64,000 nt of DNA, taken from assembly GCA_043228905.1 (NCBI GenBank), contig JBHGNT010000016.1, forward strand, positions 8,494,001 through 8,558,000, read 5' to 3'. The DNA comes from Azolla caroliniana (Eukaryota > Plantae > Polypodiophyta). Shown here piece by piece: positions 47,888 to 61,149 of the stretch (position 1 is its first letter; each line of letters opens with the position of its first letter). The notes beneath the pieces were generated by a model. That model did not search any database. It saw only the letters and a list, made by a program, of their open reading frames with translations, and was not told the origin of the DNA. Both the position numbers and the translations under genes were made by a program.

Positions 47888-50800
47888 TGTTAGCATAAAA
47901 GGTCGATTCCTTCCACTTTGTATCCATACAAGTGTGAACACGTCCAACAGTTACGACTTGAGTATATTAGCTCTAACCTAACATTGTAACGATGATTGAT
48001 CTTGAGTCTTGTAGAGAGAGAGAGAGTTACAAAATAACAGGGAGCTTCCATTGAAGCTCGAACTACGTCTATCTTCTTCTTCTTCATATTACACATATCT
48101 GGGTCGTTTGCTGTGCATAAATTCGCACATACGAACCTCCTTCCAACAAGTGGTATCAGAGTGACTTGTTGTTCAACGGCGACGAAAAGACAGAGCGAAG
48201 AGGGAACCCTGCGGCTGGAAGAAAAGGCCAGGTTAGTAAATCACTTCAAAGAACATGGCGTCAACATCTAGAACAAGAGTTGAAATCCGAAAGTTCGACG
48301 GCAAAAACTTTGCCCTGTGGAAGGAGATGATGCAAGACTTGCTGATCATTCGAAGATAGGTCGAAGCCATTCGACATAGCAAAAAACTTGCTTCAATGTC
48401 AGCCAAATAGTGGAGATCAATAGACAAAATTGCTCGCTCCACCATTCGGATGCACCTACCCGAAAACGTATATTTCATTATGGCAAAGGAGATGACAACA
48501 TTCTCTTTGTGGGAGAAGTTACATGCTATGTATGAGAAGAAGTCCTCATCTTCAAAACCGATACTAATCCAACAACTATTCGACATGAAGATGAGAGAGA
48601 CTGATCCAACAACCTCCCACATCAACACTGTCATCCGGGTGTTGTTTGAACTTTCCTCCCAAGGGATCAATGTCGAAGAAGAAGTGAAAGCCCTTGCCCT
48701 CATATCGTGCTTGTCGGCGAGTTGGGAGGAATTATGCACGACTTTCACCAATAGCAGCCCTAGGCTGAACCTGGATGAAACTATCAGCCAAATCCTCATA
48801 GAGGATATTCGGCGAAAATCAATGGGACTCATCATCGATGAATCAGCAAAAGCCCATCACTCGACCGAGTCGATCGACTGATCCAATCTATCGAGAGAAC
48901 AAGCCGAACATCCGGTCGAAACACTGGTCAATCGAGAAAGAGGGGAGATTGATCAAGAAATACCCGATCCGGTGATTTCTGCACTCATTGTAGGAAAGCT
49001 GGTCATAATATTTCCGACTACTAGCCAATCAAGAGAAAAGAGAGCGACCAACAATCCGAGTGGAACTGAGGATGATCCGACTCAAATCGCTCTCCAGTCG
49101 ACAACCAAATCAATGTTGCCGACTCCCTATCAAGAGAAATCCTCTCTCTAGAGGACTCGGTGATTGGAGAAGTCCTCTACAGTTCGCGAGACGCACACAT
49201 GTGGTTATTGGACTCCGATGCCACATTTCACATAACCCCACAAATCAAATGGTTTTTGAACTATTTGGCCAACGCTAGCGGCACCATCTAATTCGACAAC
49301 GGGCAGGAGTGCATAATTGCAAAGCTCGAAGAGGTCCTCATTCGATTGCCGAATGACAACATGATCACCCTATACCAAGTTCGGCATGTACCTGATCTAA
49401 AAAGGAGTCTGGTCTCCATCGACATTTTAGCCGAAGACGGGTACCGAATGACTCTCAATGAGTTGACATGGATGATCAACCAAGGAAAATTGAAGATTGG
49501 AAGTTGACACAAGTACAACAACTTGTATCTAATTATGGCGATCAATCCAGAAGGGGCTGTGAAGGTAGCTGAATTGACTGACCCGAAGTTATGGCATGGC
49601 CGACTTGGCCATATGTCTCTGTCGTAAAGATTGTGGTTGTGTGTCGCAATCTCTGAGGTTCTGTGACTTAGGGATGGGTTTAGGGTTGACGGGGTGTAAT
49701 CGCAGATTGTGCGATGACAAGAAGCCAAGAAGCCAAGAAGCCAAGATGGAATCGACGTTGTTGCGAAAAGAATTTTATTTGTAAAACACCACTTACAATA
49801 TTTATTTGCCAAAAGTTACTTGGCAAGACTCAAACTCAACTCCTCTCCTTTCTTAAATTAAGGCTTATTAAATCAACCACTTCAACACTTTTCTTTTTGT
49901 AGTGGTTTAACTTTCTTTTCTTTATATTTACTATTTCTATGTTACAAAACTTTTTTACCAAAAGAAAGTTGCTTTGGGAAGACTTGAACTTAAAATCTTT
50001 ATTTACAAAAAGGCATTTGGGATTATACCACTTCAACTTCTTTCTTTTTTTATTTTCATTTTCTTTCCTTTAATTTTTGTCATGTATTCAGCATGCCACT
50101 AGCTTCATGAGCGACCTCTGCATCCTTCCCGCTCACGAGCTTCTTCCTTGCCTTCTCTTCTTCCTTCCTTCTCTTCCCTTTTGCTTCTCCTCTTTAGCCA
50201 CTATGGGAGTGGCTTTTATAGGGGGGTCAACTGCCCAGCCACCCTCTTGAGGCGGTTATTTTTTTATTTATTTACAAATTCTATTTTATACTTTTACATT
50301 CAAGAAATTACAAAATCATCTTCATTTAATTTTGAACTCCCCGTTTTGATATAATTACAGTTTTGTCCCGAGTGATCTTGAAGGTAACATTGATCCTTCC
50401 GGAGGCTATATCTTGGGCTTCTGAACTCCGATTCACGAACCGAAAATTCCTACATGCTCCTTGTCATAAGGTCCAGATGAAAATGTCTTTCTATAGATTT
50501 TTGACATTGTGAAGCCTCAACTTCACGACCTCGCAAGCCGGACTGGACCGACTAATGGCAGTTGGCTACATTCCGAAACTCTTGGTGAAGACAAACTTCT
50601 ATGAGCATTGTCATTACGGGAAACAGACCCGAAGTCCGCACTCTCTTTACTATGAGACGGTACAACAACCTCTAGAACTGATCCATACAGACATATGTGG
50701 GTCGATGCCCGAAAGATCACTAAGTGGCTCTTGGTACTTCATCACTTTTGTCAATGATTGTACACAGAAGATCTAGGCTTATTCGATTAAGTCCAAAGAC

Positions 50801-51540
50801 GAGGCACTCGAGATCTTCGCTCGATGGCTAGTCGAAGTGGAGAACCGATCAAGATATTGACTGAAGACGCTTCGATTTGACAACGGAGGTGAGTATACCT
50901 CTCGAGCCTTCAAATAGTACCTATCCGACACCAAAAGACCGTTCCATACACACCCATGCAAAATGGAGTAGTTGAACGAATCGACTAAACAATCCAGGAG
51001 AGGGTGATAGCAATACTCCAACAAGCCGGACTAAAGCTGGAGTTCTGGGCCGAAGCATTGCCGACGACAATTTACCTGATAACTCTGTCACCGTCGAAAG
51101 CAATAAGGCTTGAAGTGCCACCGACACTATGGTCAAGCAAACAACCGACCTACCATAGGCTCCGCATATTCGGATGTGAAGCCTATGCATTCATCCCCAG
51201 GGAGAAAAGAACCAAGTTGGTGCCCCATGCAACAAAATGCATATTTCTTTGTTATGGAAACAATGGGGAATTCAACTATCGACTATGGGACCCAGAGAAC
51301 TAGAAACTGATCCGGAGTAGTGATGTAGTCTTCAATGAAGACTTGATTCTCTCTGAGCGGAACCAACAGAAAATAGTCGGCAAAAAGGTCTCTTTCGAAG
51401 TTAACAGAGACATTGTAGAAAGATCATCCCACCCTAGTCGAAATCGACCGAGCCGACACCACAGTTGCCGATTCCGAATCGGCACGAGGTACACTGGTTG
51501 AAATGGATTCGACTACGAGATTGACAAGAGATGACAACGA
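47888..51540 (+). mobile_element. Degenerate Ty1/Copia 5' half (LTR ~47888-48148, PBS 48151-48161, gag to integrase)
   Basis: TGGTATCAGAG PBS; MASTSRTRVEIRKFDGKNFALWKE; LELIHTDICG; FWAEAL; RLRIFGCEAY. Many stops. Confidence 0.88.
49620..50530. mobile_element. Solo LTR inserted in the Copia GAG-pre-integrase region
   Basis: Starts TGTCGT and ends TTCACGAC(c). Its removal restores GHMS|QAGLDRL. Flanks tctc/tcgc may be a mutated 4-bp TSD. Confidence 0.7.
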
Positions 51541-51591
51541 CAAAGTCAAAATGACCAAGGGAAAGGCTACCCTGCTAATCAATCCCGAAAC

Positions 51592-51763
51592 CTCATGCAC
51601 ATCTAGTGTGCATGAACACTTTTTTTAGAGGATAAAAAGCATGATGCTTGCCATGTTATAAGCTATACTAAGCCTCTCCCATCACTATATAAGGAGGGAA
51701 GCAAAATGTAATTGGGGGGTGTGGAAATTTTGGGTTATTTCTTGGGAAAACTATTATGGTTTC
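51592..51763 (+). mobile_element. Fragment of the TGTCGT Gypsy LTR family, including its TATA box
   Basis: CATGCACATCTAG.GTGCATGA and CTCTCCCATCACTATATAAGG match the reverse complement of 61585-61730. Confidence 0.7.
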
Positions 51764-52620
51764 TGAAAAGAATAGCGTGCGGAAGCCTGTAGATACAATC
51801 GGTTACAACTGGATAGCAACAAAACACAGACGAAGGTTTAATAGAAAGCTTAGAAAGTACACAGAGAACGCGGGAGAGACAGAGAGAGAAAAACACATAA
51901 AAACTCAATTTCAAAATGATACTCTATACATCCTAATGTGCTTAGAGAGTACTTTTATACAAGTCCCTAAAAGAACTGACAGAAGTACTGATGTACTTCA
52001 ATGCTCATAATTGAGCGATTGACACTAACTCCTAAAAATATGCCTTTCTACTAGGCTAGGATCGTAGGCTTGTAATGGCATGTCGGTTCTCATGGATCCG
52101 GCTCGTGGATTGGGCTCTTCAATCCGATCTGGGCATCGACTTGTTCAGCTGATTCGGCCCATGTTGAGCTTGCTTCTCAACACTCCCCCTCAAGCTCAAC
52201 TTGACGTTCCTTCTGCTCTGCCAGTTCCTTGCCTCGGCTTCTCCTAGTGTCTTCACGCCTTGCTTGCGCTCCTCGTCGGGTCTAGTCCTGTGTTCCACGA
52301 ACCCTCTAGTCCACCACTTCTCGACCGATCTGACTCTGTGCATCTCGACCCCTATGGTCGGCTTGTTTGCTCATCTCCCTCGTTATCGCAGTATTGGCGC
52401 CCCTCGACCCATAGGTTTGGTGTCGACTTTGACTGCCTTCTCTTCCGCTTGGCCTTCAAGTGATGTGGTTCCTCCGAATCGAATTGTTCAACCGAATCGG
52501 CTGCCTCCGATTCGTTCCCGCTCTTGTCCGAATTGGCTGTCTCCAATTCTTCTTCAATCTTCAGGCCCTTCACCAAATTAAACCATGTCCGGGTCTTGGC
52601 ATTCATCTTTCGGTCCACTT
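51764..52620 (-). mobile_element. Copia 3' end fragment (LTR 51764-52182, PPT, Pol tail), family of 7786-12377
   Basis: The LTR is homologous to 11957-12377; PPT GAGGGGGAG; tail EEELETANSDKSGNESEAADS...KAKRKRR. Confidence 0.85.
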
Positions 52621-52639
52621 AGTGTTTCGACATCATGGT

Positions 52640-53752
52640 CTTCTAGATGATATAATTAGCGATTGTGTTTCGACAAACTGACGGATAAACAGAGCAAACA
52701 GGTTACACCTTTCTTTTCCTACATCGGCAACCATCCTCGATGGTGTGTTCTGGATCTTCCCAAGGTTGCACAAAACCCTAGTGTTGAGCATCACCTTCAC
52801 TGACTACACTGAATCCAGTTAGAGTTATCTTCACATCTTCCGACAACTCAAGCACAACATAAGACTAATGTAGATTGCCATCGTCTTAAGTTTCCTTTTA
52901 AAGTTGGTGGTGACTGAGTATGGTTGCTTCGTCGTCACATCAAGACTACCCGACCGTGTGTGAAGATAAATGATGCAACATTTCGTCTTAATCTTCTAGC
53001 ACACATGACAGTGGCTTCACCCAGTCTTTCATAGCTCTCTTTTGGAACCTTGTCACACCTCTTCCATTTCTAATCGTGTCGTGCCACCTCCGTCTTCTGC
53101 CCAACTTGCTAATGACCCTGAATACGAGGTAGCAACTATTCTCGATTCTAAGATTATGCGCAATAAGCTCTATTCTCTAGTTGATTGGGTAGGCTATTCT
53201 CTGAGTGATCACACTTGGGAACCCGCCACTACTTCCATTGCCGCAATCCAAACAAACTGGGACGGACATTGTTAACGCCGACTTTCACTCGTCATTCTCA
53301 AAGGGGGAGATAATGTCATGAATACATAAACATTTCATGGCTTCACATGGGCTTGAACCCAAGACCTTGTAATACATAATCAACAACCCAACCATTAAAA
53401 TAGCTTATGGTCATATGAGATAATAAAAGTTACTTTTGTAATATACTGATTATTGTAAATATTTTGAAACATTCTAGAACATTCTAGAATTTTCTAGAAC
53501 ATCTTAGAATATTCTAGGTGTAGAACATTATAGAAATCTCTAGGCTATTCTATCGGAACCTATAAATATAGACATGCAATTATTCTCAAACCAATTCGAA
53601 TCAACACTAGTCTTAAGCTCTCATCGCCTATCTTGTATTCATTCTCATTCTATCTTAATACATTCATTCTTCTCTTATCATTTCATTCCTCTCTTTTTGT
53701 GATCTCTTTATATCTTTCTTCCATCACTCTATCTTTTTTCTTGGTTCTAACA
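52640..53752 (+). mobile_element. Tcn1-like chromovirus 3' end: integrase C-terminus, chromodomain, PPT, 3' LTR (53314-~53752)
   Basis: Chromodomain PEYEVATILDSKIMRNKLYSLVDWVGYSLSDHTWEP; PPT AAGGGGGAGA at 53301; the LTR has TTCTAGAA repeats and TATAAAT. Confidence 0.88.
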
Positions 53753-53869
53753 ACAACAACCAGAGTAGCAGTTGTAGATACAACTGAAGCAGTCGGAGAC
53801 GACGGGAACAGAACCTCGGCTGAAGTCACAAGTGAAGCAGTTGGAGTTGGCAATGCTGCAGTAGATGGG

Positions 53870-56800
53870 TGTTAAGAATTAGGTAATTAAGCAAGGGATA
53901 ATTAGTACCTAATTATGTGATTAAGTTAAGCGGAAGATTAAGTGATATGTGTGTGTATGTGTATGAGAGGAAGAGAGAGAGAAGTACACTTATGAGCAAC
54001 ACAAGATGGGGGATGATTACCTCTATATTAAATTAGCATCATCATCATCAAATACAAAAATACCCACAGTGAGGTATATTTACAACTCATGTGCAACGGT
54101 GCACATGTGTGAGTAGAATATAGGTACAAGGATGTAAGTCCTATATTCAATATACTTGGTAATGGAGGATCTTGAATGTATCCCCACTTACGTACAAGTA
54201 CAAAATCCTATTTAAGGGTTTATGGTCAACACTCCTAACTAGATTCTATCTAGGTAACTACAAAGTTACATGGTTGACTATATAGCTAAACTAGGTTGAG
54301 CTTGATCTCTCAACACGCCCCCTCAAGCTCAAGTGTGAGGCAATCTCGGTTCCTCCCCCTCAAGCCGGTGATGAAGGCTTGTAGTGTGCGGGCGAAGGCC
54401 GACTACTTTCACCCATCGTGGGTTACAAGCCACTTCTGTAGAGCTCTTGGGCTTGTTCGGCCACTACCTTCATAGTGAAGGCATAATGATGGGCCATATA
54501 CTCATTGTAGCCACGCCGAGTGACAAGATTCTTCTCTCTAGAAGAACGTCGAAGTTTTTTGCTCACCAATGTGAGCGCCTTCTTTACTCCGGGTGTTTGC
54601 ATGATGGGTACACCAAACTCATTGTCTAGTGAGGGAGCCTACACATCCGAATCACTATTGTTGGCATCTTACCTTTGCCTTTGTCCAAGGTCGTACTTGG
54701 CTGCAACGTGCTTGGAATGCTTGAAGGCTCAGGTGGGTTTGGATTGTCTTGTGGTAGAGGACTTGTCCGAATATCGTCCTCAGAGTTGAAGTTCAACTCT
54801 TCTTCCTCGGTCGGGTTGGGTGGAGATGAATCAGGCTTATACCATGATGCCGATTTGTCAAAGACTACGTCTCGACTCACGGTTTAGCACTTGTATGCCT
54901 TCTTTTCGGATGAGTATCCTATGAGGATACATTTCTCTGACTTCGCGTCCGGCTTCTATCGGTTTTCGTTCGGGATGCGTACATTCGCAATGCTTCTGAA
55001 CACCTTGAGGTGCGACAGGATCGACTTCCTTCCCACAAGGAGCTCGTATGGAGTTAGCTCATGCACTCCATTAATGGTGCATTGATTCATGAGATAGACG
55101 GCCATGGATGCCGCTTCGGCCTGATAGAAGTTCAGCATGTGCTTCTCATGTATCATGGCGCGTGCTACCTCAAGTATTTGCCGATTCTTCCTTTTGGCTA
55201 CTCCATTTTGTTGGGGTGTGTGTCAGCACGAGAATTCTCTCCGAATGCCTTCACTTTACAGGTAGGAGGTGAATTCATCGGATAATATACTCCTTTCCTT
55301 CGTCCTATCGTAAGCATCAAATGTGCCGACCGATTTCTTTTTCGACTTGGCCCTTGAGTTTTTGGAAGTGGGAGAGCACTTCGCTCTTCTTCTTCATCGG
55401 AAAGATCCACGTGTAGCGGGAGTAGTCATCGATGAAGGTGACGAGTATCGGTATCCGCCGATCGTCGATGTTTGAACCGGTCCCCATACATCCAAGTGTA
55501 TTACGTGGATGAGGCTTTTGTTTGCGTAGCTCTCCTTCGGGAATGGGAGTCGATGTTGTTTGCCGACTTGACATGCTTCGCATACTCGGTTGACTCGAAT
55601 GTTGGAAGTCCGATGACGACTCCCTTTGATTGCATAGCTTAGAGTCATTGGAAGTTTATGTGGCCAATTCTCTTGTGCCACAACTCGATGCTTGTCTCGG
55701 TTTTGAGACCTTTGGCATACATGGCCGATTTCACCTCGTTCGAATTGAGGATAAACATGCGACCGTCTCTCCGTCCCTTGACTATGAGTCAACCATCTTT
55801 TTTTATGAAGTATCCTTTGTTGTTGAAATGGACTTGCATGCCTTGCTCCACGATTTGGCCGACCGAGACCAAATTCTTCGTTATTGTGGGCACGTGCAAG
55901 ACATTCTTGATGTAAGTTTGCTCGCCTTCTTTCCTGAATGGGACATTGCCGATGTGCCGAATGGGATGTGTGGTGTCGTCTCCCGTCTCTATGAAGCTGG
56001 GTCGATCCGGCGTTCATAAGTCATGAAACCAATCTTCGTGGGATGTCATGTGATGTGAGGTGCCGGAATCGACGAACCACACGTCTTCCAAAATGGAGGT
56101 GCTTGCGGAGTTGGAGGCCAACATAGAGTTCGCTCTATGCCTCATTATGAGTAGTCCGTTGTAGTCATCGTATTCAGAGTTGGTGGCGTAATTCGTGAGT
56201 TATCGACTTGTCGAAGCCGACTCACTTCTTGTTTTTCGGCACTCCTCCTCGCGGTGGCCGATTTTTCCGCAATAGTTGCAAGTTGCAGGCCTCATTTGCT
56301 GACCTTGTTCAGCATGGAAGCTCCCCCTTCTTCCGAAGGTTCCTCGATGGCTTTTGTGAAGGTTTGAGTTCCCTTTGTGTGATGGGCCGAATTGACCTCT
56401 TCTACCGCCGTGACCTTGTCCTTGGCCACCATCTGAACTTGAGAAGAACATTTTTCCTTTCGACATCTTCGTCTTGGTTCGGACGTGGTTCTCTTTGACC
56501 AATAACATTGATTGGAGATCGAAGAACGAAGGAGGGTTTTCTCTCGCCAAGATTGCCGTCCATAATGGATTGAATTGTTGTGGGAGGCCGCCCAAGCATA
56601 CTTGAACCATCTCGTCTTCATCGACATTTATGTTGATGAAGCCAATTGGGTCGCACATGCTTTTGATTTTGGCGGTGTAGTCCGACACAGACATATCTTT
56701 TTGTTGAATGTTGTTCAACTCTTGTCGGAGTTGAAGCTTTCAAGCGGTTGTGTTGGCGGTGAACATCTTCTTCAAGTTCCCCCACACCTCTTTAGGCGTC

Positions 56801-57060
56801 TTGGCATCTCGAATGTGGCTAAGCATGTGATTGTCGACACATGTTGCCCAACAATACATGACTCGACTCGCCGGTTGCTCCCATGTTGTGTAGTCGGTGT
56901 TCTTTGAGTTGGGTCGATGTTCTTCTGCGTCATTAATGTAGCTCCAATACCCTTAGCCGACGAGGCATTGGGTCATCTTGTACTCCCAAGATGAATAATT
57001 GCTTTTGTCTAGCTTTTCACTAGGGAGCGAGCTACCCATTTGTGTGTTCATGTTGATGTA
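53870..57060 (-). mobile_element. Internally deleted Copia (gag-protease-integrase, no RT), 3' LTR 53870-54315
   Basis: CNYCGKIGHREEEC, WFVDSGTSHHM, IHLDVWGP; the integrase is followed by two PPT-like tracts and the LTR. The LTR is homologous to 26381-26839. Confidence 0.88.
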
Positions 57061-60000
57061 GTGTCTTCCTTCTCGTTGTCTGTTGTTATGTGTGCGTGTA
57101 GGAAACTAAGGCGGGACCGCGGGGGTCCTGAACTGAGGAGTGAGAAAAAGTAGAGGGAGAAGAGAAGGGAAGAGATGGAATGGCAAGAACCGGGACCGGC
57201 AAGGACAATGCTCGCCGGGTCCAGCGAGAACACAACTACACACGAAAGATAGGTGGAGAAGCGCACTCGTTTGGTTACGAAGGACAACAGTAGATTAAAG
57301 AAGGTCACAACTAGCCCGGGAGAATGCAACTCAAGAAGAACCGATTACTACTAGTCAATGATTACAACTTTGTTGAGGTTACAACCGCCGGTGACCAACC
57401 AAACACACTCTCTCTCACACACACACCTAGGGATACATAGTGGAGCCCTGCCGGAAGCATACGGGCTTCCCACACAAGCAACGGAAACCAACCAAGAAGC
57501 TTGCAGAGATTACAACAGAGATGAAACAGTGCTCGGTTCCCTGTCTGATAACACTTCCTCCTCAAAAAATATGTGATCCCCTCATAGTCTTTCTTCTCCC
57601 CTTTTTATAGGCCGCTAAGGGTGGTCCGTTACATCCTAGTTACATCACCTTTTATTCTCTGTCCCTTCGGACAAAGATATGCCTTGATTTGCTAATCCTA
57701 TTAATATGTTTATATTTACATCACGTCGACCTATTCTTAAATAATGTACATTAACTTAAATTGGTGCGTATCCGTGTAAGACTCGTTCATGCGCTAGGAC
57801 TCCCATTTCCTCCTATAGCCGGTTTTCTCCACGACATCCACCCCCACCAAACTGCGCATCCACCGGCATGTGCCAAAAAGAGACAGGTATTGGGAGAAAA
57901 CTGGCCTGTGGTCAACCGTCGCTCTCCGAATCATCGTCGGCTTTGGCCCGGTCATCACCGTCATCCGCGCTCCTCGGGTCTGACTCGTCCTCGTGCCGCT
58001 TCTGGAACACCTACATCCTTTTCCCGGCCACCGGTACTGCTATCCGCGTTCCATCGAGCTCCACGAGATGGTAGGTGTCGTTGCTGTTCGCGCTCGTTAC
58101 AACGTAGGGCCCGAACCACCTCCTCGCGAACTTACGCGTTGCCTTGTGCTAATTGTCGAGACTACTGTCGTAAACCAGCGCCCAGTCGCCTTCCTCGATC
58201 TTCTTCAGTCGTGGCCGGTGCGTCCGGTCGAATCAGCCTTTATTCTTTCCCCTTGCCGTGTGCAGCTTCGTCTTCACTAGGTCCACTTCCTTCGGTCTCC
58301 GCTCGAGCTGGCGTATCCGTGCCGCCAACAGCTCTTCCCAGCTCATCTCGTCTCTCCAGTCCATTGTTGCCCATGAGGAAATTGTCCGCTCTATCGGCAT
58401 GATCGGCTTTTGCCTATACATTAGCTCTGTCGGCATGAACCCGATTACCGAACTGTGTGTAGTTCGGTCCGCCCATAACACGTAAGGTAGGAGTCATGGC
58501 CAGTTACCGACTTGTCCTTCGCACGCTCATACTAATGCCTTCACGATTGGCCCGTGTCCGCGCTCCACCTTCCCGTTTGCCTCCAAATTGTATGCCGTAG
58601 TGAGAGAGAGCTTGACCCTTAACCGGCCGAACAGGTCCTCGGCTTCCTGCACGTCCAACTCTCCCTAGTCAGCCACAATCTTCCCCACGCACCAGTACTG
58701 ACATATCACCTCCTCGATCAGGAACTGGCACATGGCCGCGGTCTTCTTGTTTTGCAGTGCACGACCCTCCACTTGGTTCGTCAGGTCCTCTCGAGCAAGC
58801 ACCAGGTACAACATCTGCCCTACCCCCATCGACATCGTCACTAAGTCCACCATCCACTTGAAATGGACGGTCGGCGGGTAGGTCGGGTGCAGCTCGTCTC
58901 GGTGTTGGATCGTGGAATGCATTTGGCAGCTCTCACAGGTCGTCACAAATTGGTGCACGTCCCTATACATTCCCGACCACCAATACCTGTCCTTCAGCTT
59001 CTCTAATGTGGCCCACGTTCCACGATGTCCGGCCCAAAGACTCTCATGGTATGCCAATAGCAATGCCTTCTGTTCCTCTACTCTTGCCGCTACGCGGAGC
59101 GGGACACCGCTTCGCTTCTTCGCATGCCTCCATAGCTCCCTCCCACTGGGAAGAACTGGTATGCCTTCTTCCGGATCCGGTTTTCCTCGTCCTTCGTCCA
59201 TGCCACATCCGGTGTCAACATCCTCAAGTACCTACCGATTTGGAGCCACTCCCCATCGTACCTGTCCTCGTCAAATTCGTTAAGTGCTGGAGTGCTCCCT
59301 TCCCTTGTCGTTATGCGAGCCGACTCGAAGAAGTCCACGTCGACTTCTTCGTCTTCAGAAACCATGCCGTCCTCAACATCGAACCGTGCTCTTGAAAGCA
59401 TGTTGGCCATGTCGTTGTCCTTCCTGGAGATGTGCCGTATCTCCGGATTCAGGGACTTAATGTATGCGATCCACCTGAGCATTGCCAGGTCCGGCGTTGC
59501 CCATCCGGAAACCATACCGATGATCGGTAGGCAGTTCGTCTTGATTATTACCTCCGTCCTGATAAGATAGTCTTTGTCGGCCTTGACTGCCGAAACGATT
59601 CCCCAGAGTTCATGCTTAACCTAGGCGTACCCTCGTTGCCGCTCGCTTAGTACATTCGCTCCAAACTGGATGGGGAACCTCGTGCCTCTCTCATCCTCCT
59701 GATTCTAGTCGGGCTCGTGTCTACGGTCACATAGATCGGGACCTCCTTGTTGTAAACCGCTTTCCGAAGTGCTGGTGCCGCAGATAACGCTTCCTTCAAC
59801 CTTCGGAATGACTCCGTATGCTCCTTAGTCCACCTGAACTTACGCCCTTTCTTCAGCAATCTGTAGAGTGGCTCTACGACATGTGCGTAGTGCGGGACCC
59901 AGATGTGGTAGAATGCGCATGCGCCCAGGAACCTCCGAACCTTCGTAACCAACTTGCACTCTTCCTTCATCGCAGAGATGGCTTCCACTTTCGTCGGAGA

Positions 60001-61149
60001 CGGTTTCCGGCTGTAAGGCCCGCACAAGTGTCTGACCAACATGATTTCAGACTGCCCGAAAGCTGATTTCTCTCTGGAGAAGGTGAGCCGCGCGCTCTCG
60101 AGCCTCCGCATCACCTTCTCGCAGTCTTCGATGTGGTCTGCCACAAACATCCGGCACCCGTCCGGTCCAACCGACTCATCCTTATCCTCCACCGGACATC
60201 CTTTGATCGGGATGTCATCCAAAAACGGCATGGTGATGTCCGGGATGCAGTCCCTTAGCACCTTATTCATTGCGTTCACCATGTGCACCACCGAGTTGGT
60301 CCCTCCTTGCGGTAGGGTACACATCCGAACTAAATCGAGAGGAGTTCGCATCATTGTAATGTCCCTACTCTCTACGGCTAGTTGGAACTGGTCGTACCCC
60401 AAATACAGATCGCTAACCGAATAGATTAACCTTCTAGCGAAGGCCTCCACAAACTCGTCAATGGTCGGCCCGATTCCTGCATTCCGAATAGTCACTTTAA
60501 TGACCGGCTGCAGGTCCTGAATGAAGCGTAGTGCGCCATTCTTCTTTGGCACGGTGAACCACCAATTTGAATATGGGGCACTCCACGGCTCGAGAATGCC
60601 CATCTCTACCTTTTGTTTCAACAGCTCCATCAACTTCGGGATGTGAGCTTTGGGTACTGGAGTCGGTTTGAGGTTCCACGACACATGCGGTACTGTAAAG
60701 ATAACCATTGGTGTTGTCTGTCTGGCCGGACTAGCCTCAACACAGGTGTCTATCCGACACTTCTCCAAAGTGGTGGTAAGGATTGGATGATAGGTTACAC
60801 GCGTAAGATGATTACAATTAAGCACAGACGGTAAACAATACGAGATACAGATAAACAGGCAATAATTACTATTGTATTGCTTCTGTCCCCCCTTTACAAA
60901 TCATCGGATCCTTTTATAGGCATCCGACAAGGTTACAATCGGTGCGCTTAGGCAACTGACATCCGAATCGGTCCGGATCCGGATCGGTACCACTGTACCG
61001 GATCCGTCCCTCCGAATAATAATTCTACTATTATTTACTTCCTATTATCCGATCCGATTCCGCCTTCCCACTTGTCCTTGCTCTTCTGACCGGCCAGCAC
61101 ATGGCACGCCCGTGGGAAAGTGCCTTGCACTTCGAATCCACTCCCGGCC

